Source: an uncultured Pelagibacteraceae bacterium (GTDB lineage Bacteria; Pseudomonadota; Alphaproteobacteria; Pelagibacterales; Pelagibacteraceae). Taken from it: 64,000 nt of DNA. The stretch is taken from contig CACKVV010000001.1 of assembly GCA_902603665.1 (NCBI GenBank), forward strand, positions 21,607-85,606. Reading direction: 5' to 3'. Under the pieces are notes generated by a model that was given only the letters and a program-made list of their open reading frames with translations, had not been told where the DNA came from and made no database searches. Numbering within the stretch: position 1 is the stretch's first letter; each line of letters begins with the position of its first letter. Shown in pieces: positions 19,508 through 31,070 of the stretch. The translations under genes were made by a program, and so were the position numbers.

Positions 19508-19858
19508 ATGGATAAAATCTCCAGTTTAAAAAAAGAAATAATCAATACACTAGATTTTAATAAAGCAACAGATATAGTTTCCATTGATCTTGAAGGTAAA
19601 TCATCAATGGCTGATTATATGATTATAGCGAGTGGAACTTCATCGAGACATATTCAAGCTTTATCGGAACAAGTTTTTGAAAAATTTAAGAAAAGTGGAA
19701 TACAAAATTGTAAAATTGAAGGTAAAGAAAGTAACGATTGGAAGTTAGTTGATGGAATTGATTTAATTGTTCACATTTTTAATCCTGAAAAAAGGAAATT
19801 TTATGAATTAGAAAAGATGTGGTCTGAATTAATACCTAAAGAGAAATTAATTATATGA
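19508..19858 (+). CDS. rsfS: Ribosome silencing factor (Iojap)
   Basis: KA.DI..IDL, IASGTSSRH, W...D..VHIF...R.FYELEKMW. Confidence 0.95.
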   Translation: MDKISSLKKEIINTLDFNKATDIVSIDLEGKSSMADYMIIASGTSSRHIQALSEQVFEKFKKSGIQNCKIEGKESNDWKLVDGIDLIVHIFNPEKRKFYELEKMWSELIPKEKLII

Positions 19859-20997
19859 GATTTAAAATTAAAAATTTATTAATTATTATTTTAATTTGTA
19901 ATTTTTCAACGATTTCAAAATCTGCAAATGAAGATGATATTTATAAAAAAATAGATCTATTTAGTGAAGTACTAGATAAAATAAATAAAGAATATGTTGA
20001 AGATGTTAATCAAAGTGATGCGATGGATGCCGCTATAAATGGTGTATTACAATCTCTGGATCCTTACTCTGCATACATGTCTCCGGACTCATTTGAAAAT
20101 ATGCAAACCGAAACAAGTGGAGAATTTGGAGGTTTGGGGATTGAAGTAGGCATGGAGGCAGGTGTAGTAAAAGTGATTTCACCAATAGATAATTCTCCAG
20201 CTTCTAAAGTTGGAATTAAGGCAGGTGATTACATTGTAAAAATCAATGATATACAAGTTCAAGGTAAGTCTTTAACGGAGGCTGTAGATTTAATGAGAGG
20301 GCCTGTTGGAACTGATATAGAAATAACTGTTAGACGAGTTGGTGAGAAAAAGGCACTAACATTTGTTATTACAAGAGACATTATAAAAGTAGCTTCTGTT
20401 AAATCTGAAATCATTGATAATAAAACGGGATATATTAGGCTTACATCTTTCAATGAAAATAGCAGTGATCAGATAGAGGATAAAATAAAAGAGTTTAAAA
20501 AGAATGGAAAAGTTAAAAATTATATTTTAGATCTAAGAAATAATCCGGGTGGATTACTTTCTCAAGCTATAAAAATCTCCGATTTCTTTCTTGAAAATGG
20601 GGAAATAGTTTCAACCAAAAGTAAAAGAAAATTCGAAAATAGAAAATGGTTTGCAAAGAGAGGGGACGTTTTAAATGGAGAAACTATGATTGTGCTTATC
20701 AACTACGGCTCTGCATCCGCATCTGAAATAGTTGCAGGCGCACTTCAAGATCATAAAAGAGCAGTATTAGTGGGTGAAAGCACATATGGCAAGGGATCTG
20801 TTCAATCTATTATTCCTTTGAAAAATGATGGAGCAATAAGGCTTACTGTTTCAAAATATTATTTACCATCTGGAAAATCAATTTCTCAAGTAGGTGTTAC
20901 ACCTGATATTGAAATTGCAGAAGGGTCAGATGATTTTAGAATAAATACTGACACCGACAACCAACTCGATTACGCGTTAAAATTACTTAACGGTTAA
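19855..20997 (+). CDS. ctpA: Carboxyl-terminal processing protease (S41)
   Basis: Signal peptide, LDPYS, PDZ GGLGI, DLRNNPGG, SASASE and GKGSVQ. Confidence 0.95.
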   Translation: MRFKIKNLLIIILICNFSTISKSANEDDIYKKIDLFSEVLDKINKEYVEDVNQSDAMDAAINGVLQSLDPYSAYMSPDSFENMQTETSGEFGGLGIEVGMEAGVVKVISPIDNSPASKVGIKAGDYIVKINDIQVQGKSLTEAVDLMRGPVGTDIEITVRRVGEKKALTFVITRDIIKVASVKSEIIDNKTGYIRLTSFNENSSDQIEDKIKEFKKNGKVKNYILDLRNNPGGLLSQAIKISDFFLENGEIVSTKSKRKFENRKWFAKRGDVLNGETMIVLINYGSASASEIVAGALQDHKRAVLVGESTYGKGSVQSIIPLKNDGAIRLTVSKYYLPSGKSISQVGVTPDIEIAEGSDDFRINTDTDNQLDYALKLLNG

Positions 20998-20998
20998 A

Positions 20999-21475
20999 AT
21001 GCAAGAAAAATTTAAAAAGTTGCCACTTAGAAGTGGAGTGGGAATAGTAGTATTAAATAAAGAGAATAAAGTTTTTTTAGCAAAAAGAATTGATAATCCA
21101 AAAAATTTTTGGCAAATGCCTCAGGGAGGTATCGACAAAGGTGAAGATAATCTAAAAGCAGCTTTAAGAGAACTAGAAGAAGAGACAAGTATTAAATCTG
21201 TAAAATTAATTAAAGAAATAGATGGTTTTACAACCTATTATTTACCCGAGAATTTGCTCGGAATAATTTGGAAGGGCAAATATAAAGGTCAAAGACAAAA
21301 ATGGTTTATTGTAAAATTTATTGGAAATGATGAAGAAATAAATATTAAAACAAAATATCCAGAATTTTTAGATTGGAAATGGGAAGAATTAAGTAAGATT
21401 ACCGATACAGTTGTAGAGTTTAAACTTCATGTTTATCAAGAAATTAAGAAAGAAGTTGAAAAGGTTATTAATTAA
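20999..21475 (+). CDS. rppH: RNA pyrophosphohydrolase (Nudix)
   Basis: WQMPQGG..E....AA.REL.EE Nudix box, GQ.QKWF and EF..W.W. Confidence 0.95.
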   Translation: MQEKFKKLPLRSGVGIVVLNKENKVFLAKRIDNPKNFWQMPQGGIDKGEDNLKAALRELEEETSIKSVKLIKEIDGFTTYYLPENLLGIIWKGKYKGQRQKWFIVKFIGNDEEINIKTKYPEFLDWKWEELSKITDTVVEFKLHVYQEIKKEVEKVIN

Positions 21476-21865
21476 TACTTATAGATTTTAAAATCTCGAC
21501 TTTATGATTTAACAAAAATCTTTTTTGATCATTTAAATCATCTTTATTTAACTCTTTTTCGGCTTCTTGGATTTCATCTGAAACATGCTTTTTATTCGCA
21601 TTTTTAATATCAAAAATTGAGCTTGTTAAAATAGATAAAGTATTATCTTTAAATTCAACAATACCGTCTTCAACATAAAAATTATGTTCCTCAGAGCCAG
21701 AAATAACTTTTATGATACCAGGTTTCAAAAATGAGATAATTGGTATATGGTCCTTTAAAATTCCCATTTCACCCTCATAAGCAGGAACAACTACTTCTGA
21801 AACATTTTCTTTTGAAAGAAAAGATTTTTCAGGATTAACAATATCTATATTAAAACCTTCACTCA

Positions 21866-21866
<1 letters not shown>
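21468..21866 (-). CDS. atpC: ATP synthase F1 epsilon subunit
   Basis: IVNPE, GEMGILKDHIP. Position directly after atpD. Confidence 0.95.
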
Positions 21867-24162
<2,296 letters not shown>

Positions 24163-24165
24163 TTT

Positions 24166-25701
24166 TTATGAGTTAAAAGTTTTTTTTAAATCCGAGATTA
24201 ATTCTGTTAATACTTTTTCATTATCTTCATCAAGTTTTCCTGATGAATTAATAGAATCAATTATTTCAGGTTTTTCAGATCTACATTTTTCAATAATTTT
24301 AGTCTCAAATGTTGCAATATCTTTTTGTTCAATTTCATCTAAATGTCCTTTTACACCACAAAATACTGATATAACCTGTTCAGCAACTGTCATCGGTGAA
24401 TACTGCTTCTGTTTTAAAAGTTCGGTTAGTTTTGAACCTCTATTCAAAAGTTTTTGAGTAGCGGCATCTAAATCAGAACCAAACTGTGCAAAAGCTGCCA
24501 TCTCCCTGTATTGAGCCAGCTCTAGTTTCATTGATCCAGAAACTTTTTTCATTGCTTTAGTTTGAGCAGAGGACCCTACTCTTGAAACTGAAAGTCCAAC
24601 GTTGATTGCGGGTCTAATTCCTTGATTGAATAGCTCTGTTTCAAGAAAAATTTGCCCATCTGTAATTGATATTACATTTGTTGGAATAAAAGCAGATACG
24701 TCTCCACCTTGAGTTTCAATTATTGGCAGTGCTGTCAATGACCCACCACCATGATCATCTCCTAGTTTTGCGGCTCTCTCTAATAATCTACTATGTAAAT
24801 AAAATACATCACCTGGGTAAGCTTCTCTTCCTGGAGGTCTTCTTAATAACAGAGACATTTGTCTATATGCAACTGCTTGTTTTGATAAGTCATCATAAAT
24901 AATTAATGCGTGCATTCCATTATCTCTAAAGTATTCTCCCATTGCACATCCTGTATATGGTGCCAGAAATTGAAGAGGGGCAGCATCAGAAGCGGTTGCA
25001 GCAACAATAGTTGTATACTCCATTGCTCCAGCTTCCTCTAAAGTCTTTTCAATTTGTCTTACAGTTGATCTTTTTTGACCAATGGCAACGTAAATACAAT
25101 AAAGTTTTTGTTTTTCATCGCCAGACTCATTAATTTTTTTTTGGTTGATAATTGCATCAATTGCGACCGCAGTTTTTCCAGTTTGTCTGTCCCCAATTAT
25201 TAATTCTCTTTGACCTCTTCCAATTGGAACCAAACTGTCAATTGATTTTAAACCTGTTTGCATAGGTTCACTAACAGATTTTCTTGGAATAATTCCAGGC
25301 GCTTTTACCTCAACCCTGCTTTTCTTAATACCTTTATCTAGAGCACCTTTGCCATCTATCGGATTTCCTAAACCGTCAACGACTCTTCCCAGAAGTTCTT
25401 TTCCAACTGGAGTATCAACAATAGCTCCTGTTCTTTTAACTGTATCGCCTTCTTTAACGGCTCTATCATCACCAAAAATTACAACACCCACATTTTCGCT
25501 TTCAAGGTTTAGTGCCATACCTTTTGATCCATCTGAAAACTCAACCATTTCTCCAGCTTGAACATTATCTAGACCATAAATTCTTGCAATACCATCGCCT
25601 ACAGATAATACTTGCCCAACTTCCGAAACTTCAGCTTTGTCTCCAAATTGTTTAATTTGTTCTTTTAAAATCTTAGTTACTTCTGAAGGATTTATTTCCA
25701 T
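24166..25701 (-). CDS. atpA: ATP synthase F1 alpha subunit
   Basis: GDRQTGKT and [22 protein letters not shown]. Confidence 0.99.
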   Translation of the reverse strand: MEINPSEVTKILKEQIKQFGDKAEVSEVGQVLSVGDGIARIYGLDNVQAGEMVEFSDGSKGMALNLESENVGVVIFGDDRAVKEGDTVKRTGAIVDTPVGKELLGRVVDGLGNPIDGKGALDKGIKKSRVEVKAPGIIPRKSVSEPMQTGLKSIDSLVPIGRGQRELIIGDRQTGKTAVAIDAIINQKKINESGDEKQKLYCIYVAIGQKRSTVRQIEKTLEEAGAMEYTTIVAATASDAAPLQFLAPYTGCAMGEYFRDNGMHALIIYDDLSKQAVAYRQMSLLLRRPPGREAYPGDVFYLHSRLLERAAKLGDDHGGGSLTALPIIETQGGDVSAFIPTNVISITDGQIFLETELFNQGIRPAINVGLSVSRVGSSAQTKAMKKVSGSMKLELAQYREMAAFAQFGSDLDAATQKLLNRGSKLTELLKQKQYSPMTVAEQVISVFCGVKGHLDEIEQKDIATFETKIIEKCRSEKPEIIDSINSSGKLDEDNEKVLTELISDLKKTFNS

Positions 25702-26256
25702 TTATGCCTCTATCATTTGCTTTTGTATTTGATGTAATTTATTTTTAATGGAGGTATCAACCATAGTGCTACCTACTTTAATAACCAATCCACCAATTAA
25801 ACTTGGATCATGTTTATAGTTTAATTTTATATTTGAGCCAAAATTTTCAGCTAATTCGTTTTTAACTTTGTCTATATCATTTTTATTTAACTCTTTAGCA
25901 GCTAAAAGTTCTGCTTTAATTTCTCCTCTAGATCTTGAACATACGTCTAGATAATCGTTAAATATTTTTTCTACGTAAAAGAATCTTCTCTTTTTAATTA
26001 AAAAACTGATAAATCTTTTTAACAATCCATTAAATTTATTTTGATTTGCAATCTCATCCATTATCTTAATTAGATCATCACTTTTTGTTGTTGGATTTTT
26101 AATCAATTCTCTAAAATCTGAACTTGTTTTTATTAATTTTAATAAAGCTGAGATTTGCTCTTCTACTTCTAAAAGAACATTGTTTTCAGATGCTAGCTCA
26201 AACAAAGCTTGAGAATAGGTATTATTTGATGTCACTGAAGTATTAATTTTAGTCAA
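25702..26256 (-). CDS. atpH: ATP synthase F1 delta subunit
   Basis: Y.QALFELA, NP, DPSLIGG..VDTS. Likely start is TTG at 26256; the track's extension to 26307 is probably spurious. Confidence 0.92.
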   Translation of the reverse strand: MTKINTSVTSNNTYSQALFELASENNVLLEVEEQISALLKLIKTSSDFRELIKNPTTKSDDLIKIMDEIANQNKFNGLLKRFISFLIKKRRFFYVEKIFNDYLDVCSRSRGEIKAELLAAKELNKNDIDKVKNELAENFGSNIKLNYKHDPSLIGGLVIKVGSTMVDTSIKNKLHQIQKQMIEA

Positions 26257-26361
26257 TTTAGTTCTCAAATATGAAGATGTTTTATAAAAATTTCGCTTAA
26301 TTAACACACCAATTATCAGTCTTCAAGACTCAGATTTTAAAAAATGTATGTATTTAGTGGA

Positions 26362-28317
26362 CTAATTGAAGCTTACTGGGTCAACATCAACTGTTAGTTT
26401 CATTCCTTTGGAAAATTTAATTTCTTTTAAGATCATTTTGAGTTTTTTTTGAATGTTGCTGTTTTTCTTCGCTCTTATTAAGAGCCTGCTTCTAAACTTT
26501 CTCTTAATTCTAAACACAGGCGCATTGACAGGACCAAGAATTTTTTCACTAATTTTACTTACAAGTTTATTCTTAAATTTTAAAGCTTCATCATATAATA
26601 ATTTTTCATCTTCTGAGGTTAAAATTAATGAGATAAATCTTTCAAAAGGTGGGAGGTTGTTTTGTTTACGAAGTTCTAATTCATGATCTAAAAACTTAAA
26701 TGGATCTTGATGAGTTATTTGATCAATTACTTCAGTTTTTAAATTTAAGGTTTGAAAATAAATATTTGCAGGCTTGCCTGTTCGACCTGCTCGACCTGAA
26801 AGTTGATGATATAATTGTAAATTCTTCTCTGCACTTCTTAGATCGTGTCCTTGTGAAGTTAAATCAATATCTAATACAACAATACAATTTAAATTAGGAA
26901 AATGAAAACCTTTTGAAATTAATTGGGTTCCGATAAGTATATTAATTTCTCCTGAAATAATTTTATCTAAAATTTTTTTTCCTGAAGCTTTATTCATTGT
27001 GTCACTTGAAAAAATATTTATTTTTTTTTTTGGAAATAATATTTCTGCCTCCTCGGCAATTTTTTCAACACCTGGTCCACTAAAAATAAATTCACAGTTA
27101 TCTTGTTTTTTACATTTTCTATTTAAGTTAGAAGTGTAACCACAATAATGGCAGAGAAGTTTTTTATTATTTTTATGATAAACAAGATTGATTGAACAAT
27201 TTGGACATGAAAATACATTCAAACATTTTTTACATAAAACATACGGAGCAAAACCTCTTCTATTAATAAAGAAAAGTATTTGATCACCTTTTAGAAGATG
27301 TTCATTTACTTTTTCTAAAGTTTTCGATGAAATAAATGACTTTTTTGCAAGTTTGTATTGGTTGAGATCTATAATATGATGATTGGGTAATTTTGCATCC
27401 TTATATCTTCTTTTCAACCTTGAATGATAATATTTTTCATTTTTAACATTTGCATAAGTTTCTATAGATGGAACAGCTGTTACTAAATTAATAGGTATAT
27501 TTTCATTACTGGCACGAGCAATCGCCATATCTCTTGCATTATAAATTACTCCCTCATCTTGTTTATAAGATTGATCATGTTCTTCATCCACGGTAATCAA
27601 TCCCAAGTTTTTAAAAGGTAAAAATAAGGATGATCTTGCACCAATAACCACTTTAATTTCACCCGACGCTAATCCACTCCAAATTATTTTTTTCATTTTT
27701 GGAGTTATTTTTGAGTGCCAAATAGCTGCCTCAAAACCAAAAAAATTCTTAAATTTCTTTTCAAATTCTCCCGTGAGACCAATTTCTGGTAATAAAATTA
27801 AAGATTGTTTTCCCTGATCAAGAATTTTTTTTATTGAATTAAAGTAAACAATTGTCTTCCCTGAGCCAGTTGTGCCTTGTAGTAAGTGTACTCTAAATTT
27901 GTCATCTTTTTTTATTATTTCTTTATAGGCTTTTATTTGCTCATTAGATAAATTAAATTGGTGTTTGCCGAACTTTTTAGAATATTTTTGATACTCTTCT
28001 TTTTTTTGCATTTCTATAGCTTTTCCACTTAGAAAGTGAAGCCTGAGTGTCATACCGAGTGGAATAAGATTATAATACGAAAACCAATTTAAAAAATTTA
28101 TGGTTTGTTTTTTTAAAGATAGAATATTTAATCTTTCTTTAATTGATTTAATTTTAAAGTTTTTATTATTATTTTCCTCAAATTTATCCCATACAACACC
28201 CGTTATTGTTTTTGCGCCAAAAGGTACATTTACATAGTCACCTATATTTAATTTACTTTCACTTTCATAAGTAAATGGATGATCAAAAATATTGGGTAAT
28301 AAAATCGGATATTTCAT
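26362..28317 (-). CDS. priA: Primosomal protein N' (replication restart helicase)
   Basis: GTTGSGKT, DEEH, NRRG, Cys-rich Zn region, GRAGR and DVDP. Start ATG at 28317 (MKYPILL). Confidence 0.95.
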   Translation of the reverse strand: MKYPILLPNIFDHPFTYESESKLNIGDYVNVPFGAKTITGVVWDKFEENNNKNFKIKSIKERLNILSLKKQTINFLNWFSYYNLIPLGMTLRLHFLSGKAIEMQKKEEYQKYSKKFGKHQFNLSNEQIKAYKEIIKKDDKFRVHLLQGTTGSGKTIVYFNSIKKILDQGKQSLILLPEIGLTGEFEKKFKNFFGFEAAIWHSKITPKMKKIIWSGLASGEIKVVIGARSSLFLPFKNLGLITVDEEHDQSYKQDEGVIYNARDMAIARASNENIPINLVTAVPSIETYANVKNEKYYHSRLKRRYKDAKLPNHHIIDLNQYKLAKKSFISSKTLEKVNEHLLKGDQILFFINRRGFAPYVLCKKCLNVFSCPNCSINLVYHKNNKKLLCHYCGYTSNLNRKCKKQDNCEFIFSGPGVEKIAEEAEILFPKKKINIFSSDTMNKASGKKILDKIISGEINILIGTQLISKGFHFPNLNCIVVLDIDLTSQGHDLRSAEKNLQLYHQLSGRAGRTGKPANIYFQTLNLKTEVIDQITHQDPFKFLDHELELRKQNNLPPFERFISLILTSEDEKLLYDEALKFKNKLVSKISEKILGPVNAPVFRIKRKFRSRLLIRAKKNSNIQKKLKMILKEIKFSKGMKLTVDVDPVSFN

Positions 28318-28337
28318 AATTGATATTATGAAATATA

Positions 28338-29735
28338 TTAAGAGTGAATCTGTCTTTTTTCTACAGATAATGCCGCTTCTTTTATTGCCTCTGAAAATGT
28401 TGGGTGCGCATGGCAAGTTCTTGCTATGTCCTCTGAACTTGCACCAAACTCCATTGCGATAGCCATTTCAGCAATCATTTCTCCAGCATGTGGGCCTATA
28501 ATATGTACTCCTAAAACTTTATCAGAAGTTGCATCAGCAAGTATTTTTACGAAACCTTCTGGTTCGTCTATTGCTTTTGCTCTTGAGTTTGCCATAAAAG
28601 GAAATTTTCCGACTTTAAAATTAATTTTTTTTTCATTTAATTGTTCCTCAGTTTTTCCTACTGAAGCAACCTCTGGAGTGGTATAAATTACACCAGGTAT
28701 AATCTCGTAATTAACATGTCCTGATTGGCCAGCAATAAATTCTGCAACTGCTATTCCTTCCTCTTCCGCTTTGTGAGCTAACATAGGACCATCAATAACA
28801 TCACCAATGGCAAATATGTTTTTAATATTTGTTTCAAAATTTTTATCTACTTTTACCTTTCCTTTTTCGTCAGTTTTAACTCCCACATTTTCTAATTTTA
28901 AACCGTTCGTGTATGGTCGTCTTCCAACTGAAATAAGGACAACATCAGCTTCTATATTGTTTTTCTTATTTTCTTTATCTATTACCTCTAGAATAACTCC
29001 ATTTTCATTTTTTGTAATTTTTTCAACCTTGGTATTTAATTTAAATTTTATTCCTTGTTTTTTAAGTATCTTCATGAATTCAGTTGATATCTCACGGTCC
29101 ATACCAGGTGTAATATGATCTAGAAATTCAACAACTTCTACTTCTGTTCCAAGTCTTGACCAAACTGAACCCATTTCCAAACCAATATATCCTCCACCAA
29201 CTACAACCATTTTTTTTGGTAATTTTTCCAAGGATAATGCTCCAGTAGACGAGATTATTTTTTCCTCATCAAATTCTATTCCTGGTATTGATACAGGCTC
29301 TGAACCTGTACTAATTATTGCTTTTTCAGTCTCAATAACTGTTTCTTCTCCATCCCTAGAAACTACTATTTCATTTGAGCTCTTAAATGACCCTTTGCCT
29401 TTGAAATAAGAAACCTTATTTTTTTTGAACAAAAATTCTATTCCCTTTGTTAAAACAGTTACAGCCTTTTCTTTATTTTTCATCATCTTTCCAAGGTTCA
29501 ATTTAATTTCACCAATTTCGATACCAATCTTTTCAAAATTTTTTGCCTTGTGAAAATTTTCAGATAAGTTCAATAAGCTTTTTGATGGAATACACCCTAC
29601 ATTTAAGCAGGTTCCACCAAGCGATCCTCTGGATTCAATGCATGCAGTTTTTAGACCTAGTTGCGATAATCTTATTGCACAGACATACCCACCAGGGCCA
29701 CCACCAATTACTGTTACATCAAATTTTTCTGACAT
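28338..29735 (-). CDS. lpdA: Dihydrolipoamide dehydrogenase (E3)
   Basis: GGGPGG, GGTCLNVGCIPSK and HAHPTFSE. Confidence 0.98.
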   Translation of the reverse strand: MSEKFDVTVIGGGPGGYVCAIRLSQLGLKTACIESRGSLGGTCLNVGCIPSKSLLNLSENFHKAKNFEKIGIEIGEIKLNLGKMMKNKEKAVTVLTKGIEFLFKKNKVSYFKGKGSFKSSNEIVVSRDGEETVIETEKAIISTGSEPVSIPGIEFDEEKIISSTGALSLEKLPKKMVVVGGGYIGLEMGSVWSRLGTEVEVVEFLDHITPGMDREISTEFMKILKKQGIKFKLNTKVEKITKNENGVILEVIDKENKKNNIEADVVLISVGRRPYTNGLKLENVGVKTDEKGKVKVDKNFETNIKNIFAIGDVIDGPMLAHKAEEEGIAVAEFIAGQSGHVNYEIIPGVIYTTPEVASVGKTEEQLNEKKINFKVGKFPFMANSRAKAIDEPEGFVKILADATSDKVLGVHIIGPHAGEMIAEMAIAMEFGASSEDIARTCHAHPTFSEAIKEAALSVEKRQIHS

Positions 29736-31070
29736 TTAAATATTTAAAAATAATCTCCTTGGATCTTCAAGGTTTTCTTTAACTGTTTTTAAAAAAGAAA
29801 CTGAGTCTTTTCCATCTACAATCCTATGGTCATATGAAAGTGCAAGATACATTATTGGTTTTACTTTAATTTCATTATCTTGAACAACAGGTCTTTCAAC
29901 AATATTGTGCATTCCTAATACACCTGACTGAGGAGGATTTAAAATCGGGGTAGACAACATTGAACCATACACTCCCCCATTGCTGATTGTAAATGTACCA
30001 CCTTGTAAATCCTCAATAACTAAAGAATTATTTTTTGCTTTTTCTGACAGATTTTTAATTTCTTTCTCTATGTCAGCAAAAGACATTTCGTCAGCGTTTT
30101 TTAAAACTGGTACTACTAAACCTTTTTCAGTTCCAACAGCAAAGCTAATATTATAGTAATTTTTATATATTATTTCCTGTCCCTCTATTTCTGCATTTAT
30201 TGCTGGAAATAATTTTAAACCAACCACGCAAGCTTTTACAAAAAAGGACATAAATCCAAGTTTAATTCCATATCTTGCCTGAAAATCTTCTTGATTTTCT
30301 TTTCGCATCGACATTATACCTGACATATCAACCTCATTAAATGTGGTTAACATTGCTGCATTTTCCTGGGCTTCCTTTAGTCTTTTTGCAATAGTCTGTC
30401 TTAACCTAGACATCTTAATTCTTTCCTCTTCACCAAATTGAATTTTTCTTTGGTTCGGTTGAGGATTGGCGCCCATCATACTAATTAAGTCACCTTTTAA
30501 TATTCTGCCATCTTTTCCTGTAGGTTTTACTTGTTCTAAATCAATTTTTTTTTCTGCAACCATTTTTCTTACAGCAGGGGATAATATTGGATTTATTTTT
30601 GTTTCTTCTGCATTTGGCTCTAATACTTCATCTGTTAAAACAAATGGCTGTTCTTCATGTGGAGTTTTTAATACTTTTTGTTTTTTTTCTACATCCAAGC
30701 TTATAACATTGTCTTTTTCTTCAGTTTTTAATGTTTGTTCGACTTTAGTCTCAAATATTTTAGGGTTCTCCTCTACTTGGTCTTTTTGATCTTCTATAAC
30801 TTGATTAGAAGGTTTATTTTCTGTTTTATTTGCAGTCTCTGAAATCACTCCTAAAACTGCTCCTACTTCAACTGTATCTCCTTCGTTGGCATTAATCTCT
30901 GCAATAACACCATGTATTGATGCTGGTACTTCTAAATTTACTTTATCAGTTTCAAGTTCAACTACAGCTTCATCTGCAATGACACTGTCGCCCTGTTTCT
31001 TTAACCACTTGGATACTGTTGCCTCAGTAATACTCTCTCCAAGCACAGGGACTAGAATTTTTTCACTCAT
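29736..31070 (-). CDS. sucB: 2-oxoglutarate dehydrogenase E2 (succinyltransferase)
   Basis: Lipoyl ETDKV, E3-binding SPAVRK..GRILK and DHRIVDG. Confidence 0.97.
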   Translation of the reverse strand: MSEKILVPVLGESITEATVSKWLKKQGDSVIADEAVVELETDKVNLEVPASIHGVIAEINANEGDTVEVGAVLGVISETANKTENKPSNQVIEDQKDQVEENPKIFETKVEQTLKTEEKDNVISLDVEKKQKVLKTPHEEQPFVLTDEVLEPNAEETKINPILSPAVRKMVAEKKIDLEQVKPTGKDGRILKGDLISMMGANPQPNQRKIQFGEEERIKMSRLRQTIAKRLKEAQENAAMLTTFNEVDMSGIMSMRKENQEDFQARYGIKLGFMSFFVKACVVGLKLFPAINAEIEGQEIIYKNYYNISFAVGTEKGLVVPVLKNADEMSFADIEKEIKNLSEKAKNNSLVIEDLQGGTFTISNGGVYGSMLSTPILNPPQSGVLGMHNIVERPVVQDNEIKVKPIMYLALSYDHRIVDGKDSVSFLKTVKENLEDPRRLFLNI

